The notes beneath the pieces were generated by a model. That model ran no database searches, had not been told where the DNA came from, and saw nothing but the letters and a program-made list of their open reading frames with translations. Below are positions 1 through 6,329 of a DNA stretch of 15,769 nt, piece after piece. Location of the stretch: the NCBI GenBank assembly GCA_044222475.1, contig JBGANF010000166.1:1-15769 (forward strand), written 5' to 3'. The translations under genes were made by a program, and so were the position numbers. This DNA comes from Polyangiaceae bacterium. Lineage in GTDB: Bacteria; Myxococcota_A; Polyangia; Polyangiales; Polyangiaceae. Positions within the stretch are counted from its first letter, which is position 1, and each line of letters begins with the position of its first letter.

Positions 1-339
1 CGCGTCGGACGAGTCGAAGTGCATCGTGAGCGGGCTCGCGCCCAGGTGGAGCACGCGGTTCGCGTCGCACGACATCTTGGCGGTGCCGCCCGCGTCTTGG
101 AGAACGTCGGCTGCGATTCGGAACGCCACGCCGGAGTTTTTGCTGACCGACTGCGAAATGGTGCCATCGGCAGCGAGGATCGCCATGGGCTCCCACTCGC
201 TGCCGTGCTCGAGGGCCTGCAGCTCCATGGGTGCGACCGGCAGGCAAATCGCCGACGCGCTCGGAGAGGTTGCGGCTCCGCTCGATCCGCCGCCGCAACC
301 GACGAGAAGGAGGATGAACCCGAGAACGGAACGTCGCAT
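1..339 (-). CDS. Putative lipoprotein, hypothetical; 3' end runs off the window edge
   Basis: Translated by hand (not in the ORF track because it has no stop in the window). ATG at 339 gives MRRSVLGFILLLVGCGGGSSGAATSPSASAICLPVAPMELQALEHGSEWEPMAILAADG..., open to base 1. Basic N-region, hydrophobic H-region and lipobox LVG|C. Confidence 0.75.
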   Translation of the reverse strand, partial: MRRSVLGFILLLVGCGGGSSGAATSPSASAICLPVAPMELQALEHGSEWEPMAILAADGTISQSVSKNSGVAFRIAADVLQDAGGTAKMSCDANRVLHLGASPLTMHFDSSDA

Positions 340-395
340 CGTTGGAGAATAACGCATCCCAGACGGACATCTCACTGCGGTGGTAGACACGGCTC

Positions 396-1262
396 ATGGG
401 CACTTGGGACGCGAGCATCCTCGGAAACGACACCTCGGCGCAGACGTACGAGTCCTTTCTGGCTCGCTACGACGCTGGCGAATCGATCGACGCGATCGTG
501 AAGAAGGTCGAGGCCGAGATGCGAACGTCGTTGAAGATGGCCGATGACCGCGACAACGTGGAGCTGGCGCTCGCGCTCGCGCTCTGGGAGTGCGGCGAGC
601 TCGATCGCGCGAGGCTGGCGAAGGTTCGCACGATCATCGCGTCCGGGCACGATCTCGCGGCGAAGAAGCGCCTCGGCGCGGACGCGTCGTTCTTGAAGCA
701 GCGCGCGCGCGCGCTGACAGCGCTCGAGCGCAAGCTCTCGACGCCACCGAAGAAAGCGCGCAAGCCCCGGCCGCCGCCCGTCCAGGCCACGAAGAACCCG
801 TTTCGGTCGGGTTGCTGCTTTGCGGTCGAGGACCGCGGCACGTTCCACGGTTTCTGGATTTCGAGCGCGTGGAAGGGCCGTGGGGCTGGCAGCTTCGGGG
901 TCGTGTGCCTCGACCTCGAGAAGCGCGAGAAGCCGACGCTCGCCGAGTGCGAGCGAGCGTTCGTTCGTGGCATCACGAAGGATCGCAGCGGATACCCGAA
1001 AGGTACGTATCAAGGCGACCAGGAAATGTACGGCTATGACGGCGATGCGGGGCCGTTCCTCGCCGCCTTCGCCAAGACATGCACCGTCATCGGCCACGTC
1101 TCCCCGATCAAGAGCAAGAAGATGCTCTGGGGCTCGGCGGGACACACCCTGCGCCTCCCCGAGCTGAAACAGCGGCTCCTCGCGCTCCAGGCCGAGGCAA
1201 AGGCGAACCGCTCGGCGAGGCGCATTCGGCTCGGCGATCTCGTCAATGCGCTTGGTCGCTGA
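396..1262 (+). CDS. Hypothetical protein with DUF4259-like N-terminus (288 aa)
   Basis: GC3-rich ORF. The N-terminus MGTWDASILGNDTS resembles the MG(A/T)W...ND start of DUF4259-like proteins. A helical N-domain and a Pro/Lys-rich linker precede an unassigned C-domain. Confidence 0.65.
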   Translation: MGTWDASILGNDTSAQTYESFLARYDAGESIDAIVKKVEAEMRTSLKMADDRDNVELALALALWECGELDRARLAKVRTIIASGHDLAAKKRLGADASFLKQRARALTALERKLSTPPKKARKPRPPPVQATKNPFRSGCCFAVEDRGTFHGFWISSAWKGRGAGSFGVVCLDLEKREKPTLAECERAFVRGITKDRSGYPKGTYQGDQEMYGYDGDAGPFLAAFAKTCTVIGHVSPIKSKKMLWGSAGHTLRLPELKQRLLALQAEAKANRSARRIRLGDLVNALGR

Positions 1263-1297
1263 CGAGAAAAGAACGAGAAGTGATTCTCCGACACCGT

Positions 1298-1320
1298 AGC
1301 CATCGATCGTGATGGCTTTT
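1298..1320 (+). terminator. Possible intrinsic terminator after 396-1262
   Basis: GCCATC-gatcgt-GATGGC stem-loop (1299-1316) followed by TTTT (1317-1320). Both the stem and the U-tract are short. Confidence 0.35.
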
Positions 1321-1369
1321 CCGAGTGGACCGGCGTAGCTGTCGAGTCCCCCCTTAGAGAGGCTTGGAG

Positions 1370-1741
1370 ATGCTCGATACGACGCCAGTCATGTGTTTCG
1401 CTGCGACGAAGGATGCGGCGCGAGCGCGCGCGTTCTACCAAGGGAAGCTCGGGCTTCGCTTCGTCGCCGACGAGCCCACGGCGCTGGTCTTCAACCTCGC
1501 CGGAACCGAGCTCCGCATCCAGAAGGTGGAGAGCTTCACGCCGCATCCGTTCACGGCGCTCGGGTGGCAAGTGTCGAACCTCCAAGCCAAGATGGCGGGG
1601 CTCGTCGAAGCCGGCGTCGTGTTCGAGCGTTATCCCGGGATGACCCAAGACGCCGAGGGCGTGTGGCACGCGCCCGACGGCGCTCGCATCGCGTGGTTCA
1701 AGGATCCCGATGGGAACACGCTGTCGCTGACGGAGCGCTGA
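1370..1741 (+). CDS. VOC family (glyoxalase/bleomycin resistance) protein, 123 aa
   Basis: Motifs ARARAFYQGKLGL, GVVFERY and RIAWFKDPDGNTLSL are typical of VOC proteins. ATG 1370 was preferred over TTG 1364 because AGAGAGG lies 7 nt upstream. Confidence 0.9.
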   Translation: MLDTTPVMCFAATKDAARARAFYQGKLGLRFVADEPTALVFNLAGTELRIQKVESFTPHPFTALGWQVSNLQAKMAGLVEAGVVFERYPGMTQDAEGVWHAPDGARIAWFKDPDGNTLSLTER

Positions 1742-1786
1742 CTCCTTCGCAGATCGCGGGGCGCTCTGAGCCGTATCAGAGGAAAC

Positions 1787-3070
1787 ATGCGCATCCGATC
1801 GCTCGTCGCTCCCGCTCTTCTTTTCGCCGCCGCCTGTACACGCCCGTCGCCCTCGCCGGTGTCGGTCACGGCGGCCCCCATCACGTCGGGGTCCGCTGCC
1901 GCGCCGGTGACGTCGCCCGTCACCGCGCCAGTGGCGGTCTCCTCCGACGCCGCCACTGCTTCGAACGCGTTCGCGAGCGACCTCCACGGACGCCTGAGCA
2001 AGACCCCCGGCAACTTGTTCTACTCGCCGGCGAGCATCGCGCTCGCCGTCGGCATGGCTCGAGAAGGTGCGCGCGGCAAGACCGCGACCGAGATGGACAC
2101 GGTGCTCCACCTCACCGGAAAGACGCCCGGCGTGCTGGGCACTCTCTCGGGCATCGCCGCCGGCAGCGGTGACGGCGTCAGCGCACCCGAGGTCCGCGTC
2201 GCGAACAAGCTCTGGGTCGACGGCTCGATGAAGCTCGATCCGGGATACGCCGCGCTCACGAAGAGCGCCTACGCCGCATCGGCCGACAACGTCGACTTCC
2301 ACGGCGCGCCCGATCCGACGCGCCTCTTGATCAACGCGTGGGTCGCGACCCAGACGAAGGACAAGATCAAGGACCTCCTCCCGCAAGGATCGGTGACCCA
2401 GGACACGCGGCTCGCGATCACGAACGCGATCTACTTCAAGGGTACGTGGAAGGCTAAGTTCGACCCGAAGCAAACCGCGCCCGCGCCGTTCTTCGTGTCG
2501 GCGTCGTCGTCGCACGACGTTCCGATGATGCACGAGAGCACCGACGTTCATTTCGGCGAGGTCGACGGCGCGCAGGTGTTCGAGCTCGGTTACGCCGGCC
2601 CCGCGGACAAGCCGGGGATGAGCATGGTCGTCATCCTCCCGAAGGATCGCGCGGGACTACCGGCGATCGAAGACTCGATCGCGCACAAGGGTTTCGCGCC
2701 GTTCGTCTCCGCGATGAACCGGACCGACAAGTCCGAGGTGTGGCTGCCGAAGATGAAGATGACGGTCTCCTTCGCCCTCGCCGACACGTTGAAGACGATG
2801 GGCATGCCCACCGCGTTCTCCGACTCCGCGGACTTCTCCGGGATGACCGCCGGCGGTGGGCTCAAGATCAGCCACGTGATCCACAAGGCATTCGTCGAGG
2901 TCGACGAGAAGGGCACCGAAGCAGCGGCCGCGACGGCCGTGCTGATGACGACCGAGAGCGTGCACGTTCCGCCGTCGTTCCGCGCCGACCACCCGTTCCT
3001 CTTCCTGATCAAGGACGACAAGACGGGCGCGATCGTCTTCGTCGGGCGCTGCTCGGATCCTTCGGCGTGA
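1787..3070 (+). CDS. Serpin family serine protease inhibitor, predicted lipoprotein (427 aa)
   Basis: Serpin motifs NLFYSPASI, INAWVATQTKDKIKDLL, NAIYFKGTW, hinge EKGTEAAAAT and signature FRADHPFLFLI. Lipobox FAAA|C (Cys17) is followed by a Pro/Ser/Ala/Thr-rich tether. GAGGA lies upstream of the ATG. Confidence 0.95.
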   Translation: MRIRSLVAPALLFAAACTRPSPSPVSVTAAPITSGSAAAPVTSPVTAPVAVSSDAATASNAFASDLHGRLSKTPGNLFYSPASIALAVGMAREGARGKTATEMDTVLHLTGKTPGVLGTLSGIAAGSGDGVSAPEVRVANKLWVDGSMKLDPGYAALTKSAYAASADNVDFHGAPDPTRLLINAWVATQTKDKIKDLLPQGSVTQDTRLAITNAIYFKGTWKAKFDPKQTAPAPFFVSASSSHDVPMMHESTDVHFGEVDGAQVFELGYAGPADKPGMSMVVILPKDRAGLPAIEDSIAHKGFAPFVSAMNRTDKSEVWLPKMKMTVSFALADTLKTMGMPTAFSDSADFSGMTAGGGLKISHVIHKAFVEVDEKGTEAAAATAVLMTTESVHVPPSFRADHPFLFLIKDDKTGAIVFVGRCSDPSA

Positions 3071-3077
3071 GGGCTCT

Positions 3078-4094
3078 CTAGCCGGATCCTTTCGCGAACG
3101 TCGTGCCCGAGGCGTCGGTCTTGCCCCAGTGCCACTCGATCGCGGCGCGGGACCGGAGCTCACGGAAGTGCTCCGCGACGAGGCGCTTGGCGACGCGAGC
3201 GCGCAGCGCTGACGCCGGCGCTTCGGTCTCTCGCTCGAGCACCTTCACCACGCGATTGCCGGCGACGAGCACCGTCGCCCCGAGCGCGCACTCGAACGCC
3301 GCCGCCGCCTCCCACCGGAAGAGATCGACGATCTCGACGGATCCCACGCCGATCGCCGCCGCGATCTCGAGCACGTCGTGCCCGCCAGTGACGAGCGCGA
3401 CGACCTCGTCGTGGCGGCGCTCGTGCACCTCGAACGCGGCCACTCGCGCGCGAACGTAGTCGCCGGGTCGCGCGTCGATCTCGCGTTCGACGCGATCACC
3501 GACGATGACCTGCTCGAGCTTGCGATGAACGAGGACGCCGCCGATCCACGACGCGAGCTGCTCCTCGGTGAGCGTGCGCTCGTCGAGCCAAGCGCGGAAC
3601 GCCGGCTCGTCGTCCAAGCCGCGCTCGGCGCGGAGGCGAACGATCGCTGCGGCGACTTCGTCCTTGCTCGCCTCGAAGTCGTGGCGGTCGTCTTCCTTGG
3701 CGAGGAGCGCCATGTCGACCAGCCGATCGGCGATGGACCGAGTGCGCCACACGAAGTCGAGGACACCGATCGCGTCGCCGACGCTGATCGACGTGCCATC
3801 GACGGTGAGCAGGAGCTCCGCGCGAGGATCGGTCGCACCACGGAGAGCCCACGGGAGCGCCCCCGTCCGCGCTGCACCGATCGAGTACGTCCACTCGCCC
3901 TGCGAGAGAAGAACCGCGTACGTGACCCGGTTGCCGATCGTTTCCGTGTCCCACACGAGATCGACGCGGCATCCCGGGAGCGTCGTCCGCAACCTGGTGA
4001 GGGCCGCTCTCGCCTCTGCGGGCGACGCTCGAGTCGCGTCGAGCTCTCCGAGAAACCGCACGCACGCACCGAGCTCTTCGTCCTTCGGGATCAC
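3078..4094 (-). CDS. TIGR04500-like putative peptide maturation protein (SurA/PpiC-related), 338 aa
   Basis: GTG start at 4094 overlaps the ATP-grasp stop (GTGA), with GGGAG just upstream. Segments VDLVWDTE...Y...LPWALRG...LLTVDG...AIGVLDFVW...RLVD...RAERGLDDEPAFRAWLDERTLTEEQL match my recollection of the TIGR04500 family, which occurs beside RiPP ATP-grasp enzymes. The N-terminal 59 aa of the tracked ORF are likely spurious. Confidence 0.8.
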   Translation of the reverse strand: MIPKDEELGACVRFLGELDATRASPAEARAALTRLRTTLPGCRVDLVWDTETIGNRVTYAVLLSQGEWTYSIGAARTGALPWALRGATDPRAELLLTVDGTSISVGDAIGVLDFVWRTRSIADRLVDMALLAKEDDRHDFEASKDEVAAAIVRLRAERGLDDEPAFRAWLDERTLTEEQLASWIGGVLVHRKLEQVIVGDRVEREIDARPGDYVRARVAAFEVHERRHDEVVALVTGGHDVLEIAAAIGVGSVEIVDLFRWEAAAAFECALGATVLVAGNRVVKVLERETEAPASALRARVAKRLVAEHFRELRSRAAIEWHWGKTDASGTTFAKGSG

Positions 4095-5065
4095 GAGAGC
4101 TCCCAGAGCAGCGTGGCGATCCGGGCGCTGATCGGGAGCCCGGTCGCCTGCTCGATCCACTGGTACTGCCCGTTGGGGTTCACCTCGAGGAAGACGTAGC
4201 GGCCCTCGGGCGTGAGCACGAGGTCGATCGCACCGTAGACGAGCCCCATGCGCGCGAGCATCTCGAGACACGCTCCAGAGACGCGCTCCGGGAGCTCATG
4301 CACGCGATGGGTCATGTTGTGCTCGTCGTAGCGCCGCCAATCGACGCGCGTCCGGTGCGCCGCCTGGGAGTGCAGCTCAACGGCGAACACGTCGCGACCG
4401 ACGATCGTGACGCGCAGCTCGACGGCCTTCTCCACGTACGCCTGCGCGGTGATCGGGCAGAGCGCGACGTCGCGGACGAACGTCAAGTCGCGAGGCCGCA
4501 CGGGCCGGGTGAAGCCAGAGAACCCGCCGCCGACGATGGCCTCGACGCCGACTGCGGTGGTCTTGGTGATGATGTTACCGCCATGCCGATGGTAGAAGTC
4601 GAGGAGCTCGTCGGGGTCGTTCGTCACGAGCGTGTCGGGAACGTCGAGCCCGAGCTCGCGCGCGAGCGAGAGCTGCGGGATCTTCTCGCGAGCGGTGCGA
4701 ATCGCCGCGCGCGTTGCGGGCACGTGGAGGCAGCTCACGTCGTCGAGAAAGCTCCCGAAGACCTCTTCTGCGGAGGTCTCGACGTACCGACGAATCTCGG
4801 CGTCATCGATGCCGTCCGCCGCGCGTGCGCGTCCGGGGCGTCGCCACCAGATGGATCGCACCGCGTCGAGGTCGATCGTCTCGCCGCTACTGCCTCGCCA
4901 ACGCCGCTGCGGCTTCGTGCGTCCCCCGTCGAGCGCGTAGCTGAGCGACGTCGTCGCCGGATAGTCGGCGCGATCGATGCGCGAGAAGGGGTGGCCTCGC
5001 TCCTCGAGTAGGCAAGCGACAGCCTCTGCCGTGGGATCGGTGGGCTCGCTTACGATGAGAATCAC
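4091..5065 (-). CDS. MvdC/MvdD-like ATP-grasp RiPP macrocyclase (graspetide synthetase), 324 aa
   Basis: MILIVS start, IWWRRP, KIPQLSLARELGLDVPDTLVTNDP, QAYVEKAVELRVTIVG, DWRR and YGAIDLVLTPEGRYVFLEVNPNGQYQWIE are hallmark motifs of RiPP-modifying ATP-grasp ligases. It lies directly downstream of a small precursor ORF. Confidence 0.93.
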   Translation of the reverse strand: MILIVSEPTDPTAEAVACLLEERGHPFSRIDRADYPATTSLSYALDGGRTKPQRRWRGSSGETIDLDAVRSIWWRRPGRARAADGIDDAEIRRYVETSAEEVFGSFLDDVSCLHVPATRAAIRTAREKIPQLSLARELGLDVPDTLVTNDPDELLDFYHRHGGNIITKTTAVGVEAIVGGGFSGFTRPVRPRDLTFVRDVALCPITAQAYVEKAVELRVTIVGRDVFAVELHSQAAHRTRVDWRRYDEHNMTHRVHELPERVSGACLEMLARMGLVYGAIDLVLTPEGRYVFLEVNPNGQYQWIEQATGLPISARIATLLWELS

Positions 5066-5071
5066 GGGCAG

Positions 5072-5122
5072 CGCGAGTGCCGCTCTCGACTCCGAGGTGG
5101 AGCCGAGAGCAGCACGATCGCG
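5072..5122 (-). promoter_or_regulatory. Long RNA stem-loop between the precursor and ATP-grasp genes (mRNA stabiliser/attenuator candidate)
   Basis: On the minus strand GTGCTGCTCTCGGCTCC-acctc-GGAGTCGAGAGCGGCAC forms a 17-bp stem (5077-5093 with 5099-5115) whose two non-Watson-Crick positions are both G-U wobbles. It extends by CGCGA/TCGCG across a 2-nt bulge. No U-tract follows. Confidence 0.7.
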
Positions 5123-5125
5123 GTC

Positions 5126-5305
5126 TCAGAAAGCGTCGTCGACGTCGGTGCGGCCGACGCTCACGTCGATCGTCTTCGAGTAGCGCTTCGGGGCGCCGCC
5201 GGCGATCTTCTGGAGCTCTTCGTCGCTGATCTCCGAGTCCGAAACCACCATGATGACCTTGCTGGTCTTGCCGTCGTTGTTGTCCTTCTTGCTGCTGTCG
5301 GTCAT
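5126..5305 (-). CDS. RiPP precursor peptide (59 aa): double-glycine leader plus putative graspetide core
   Basis: Hand translation: MTDSSKKDNNDGKTSKVIMVVSDSEISDEELQKIAGG|APKRYSKTIDVSVGRTDVDDAF*. SD AGGAGGT lies 7 nt upstream and codons are GC3-rich. It has a canonical E(L/I)SxEELxxIxGG cleavage motif and a core with Ser/Thr/Lys followed by Asp residues. Located between the HlyD and ATP-grasp genes. Confidence 0.92.
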   Translation of the reverse strand: MTDSSKKDNNDGKTSKVIMVVSDSEISDEELQKIAGGAPKRYSKTIDVSVGRTDVDDAF

Positions 5306-5312
5306 CTCGAGA

Positions 5313-5319
5313 ACCTCCT
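5313..5319 (-). promoter_or_regulatory. Strong Shine-Dalgarno site of the precursor gene
   Basis: AGGAGGT on the minus strand, 7-nt spacer to the ATG at 5305. Confidence 0.85.
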
Positions 5320-5350
5320 GCGACCATTGTGTCGGTCGCGTTCGATGGGA

Positions 5351-5380
5351 AGACTACTGCGTGTTCCGTGCGCACGTCCA
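5351..5380 (-). promoter_or_regulatory. Candidate sigma70-type internal promoter for the precursor gene
   Basis: TGGACG (5380-5375), 18-nt spacer, TAGTCT (5356-5351) in the 85-nt gap between the HlyD stop and the precursor start. Confidence 0.45.
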
Positions 5381-5390
5381 CGCTCGCGGT

Positions 5391-6329
5391 TCAGCCGCCG
5401 AAGAGCAGTGACCAGATGCGCTTCTTCGCTACGAAGACGTCACAAGCGAACTTCATGCCGACGCGGGGGTGAGCCGAGCCGGGCATGTGGTCGATCGATA
5501 CCTCTGCATAGGCTTGGGACGCGTCGACGTCTTCGAGCTTGACCCCGGTGGGTGGACCGTCGAGGAGGCGGGTGATGACGCCATCGCCAACACCGACGGC
5601 ATCCCAGGGCAACGCGTCGAACTTCAGTCGCACGGATCGGCCGACGACCAGCTCGCTGCGATGCGCTTCGGGGACCTGGATGTAGCCGACGAGGTGGCCG
5701 TCCGAGGGGGCGAGAGTCGCGAGCGGATCGTCGACGTGCACCGGTGACCCGGCGCTGACGAGGACCTCGTTGACGGTTGCGTCGACCGGCAAGCCGACGC
5801 GGCTTCGGTCGATCTCGTGCTGGAGCTTGGCGCAACTCTCGCGCGTCGCCGCGAGCTTTTCGCGTGCCTGACGCGACTCCGAGATGAGCATGAACGCGAG
5901 GGCCGTGTCGGTCCGGCCGCCGCTCGACCAGTCAGCCATGCGCGCCGCGACGCGGTTGGACTCCTCCTCCTGCGCCGCCAACTTCGCGGTGCAGCCCGGC
6001 AACGCGGCCTGCTCGGACGTGACGTCGAGCGCCAGCATCAGATCGCCTTTCTTCGCGGTTGCCCCGGAGGCGAGCGCGACCGAGAGGATGCTCCCCGACA
6101 TCGGCGCGCGGACGACGACGAGCGGACGATCCGACGCGACGACACCGCGACCCCCGGCATACACGTCGGCCTCCCCCACCGTGGCGAGGAGAACCAGCGC
6201 GACGAGCGCGAGCGTCATCACCGCGAACACGACGACGGCTGCCGGCGGCGTGATCGTGACGGCCGCGCCGCGTGCCTCGCCGCCGAGGTGCCGCTCCAGT
6301 GCCTGCTTGCGGAACAATGTGTCGCTCAC
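5391..6329 (-). CDS. HlyD-family membrane fusion protein (periplasmic adaptor), 312 aa
   Basis: GTG at 6329 overlaps the transporter stop (GTGA), with AAGGAG about 11 nt upstream. MSDTLFRKQALE (LFR motif), one TM helix, lipoyl half-motifs VRAPMSGSILSV and LPVDATVNEVLVSAGSPV, and beta-barrel motifs VGRSVRLKFDALPW and PRVGM. Confidence 0.9.
   Translation of the reverse strand: MSDTLFRKQALERHLGGEARGAAVTITPPAAVVVFAVMTLALVALVLLATVGEADVYAGGRGVVASDRPLVVVRAPMSGSILSVALASGATAKKGDLMLALDVTSEQAALPGCTAKLAAQEEESNRVAARMADWSSGGRTDTALAFMLISESRQAREKLAATRESCAKLQHEIDRSRVGLPVDATVNEVLVSAGSPVHVDDPLATLAPSDGHLVGYIQVPEAHRSELVVGRSVRLKFDALPWDAVGVGDGVITRLLDGPPTGVKLEDVDASQAYAEVSIDHMPGSAHPRVGMKFACDVFVAKKRIWSLLFGG

Noticed and set aside
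19..501. Plus-strand ORFs 19..501 and 26..352
   Set aside because: A minus-strand lipoprotein frame starting at 339 explains the region better (lipobox, codon bias).
1034..2551. 505-aa minus-strand ORF (and similarly 12923..14407)
   Set aside because: Antisense to several well-supported genes, with compositional bias typical of high-GC shadow ORFs.
4091..5305. Calling the cluster microviridin (mvd/mdn gene symbols)
   Set aside because: There is a single ligase, no PFFARFL leader, no TxKxPSD core and no acetyltransferase.
4887..5381. 164-aa minus-strand ORF spanning the precursor region
   Set aside because: Off-frame and overlapping the ligase. The 5126-5305 frame has the SD, codon bias and GG motif.
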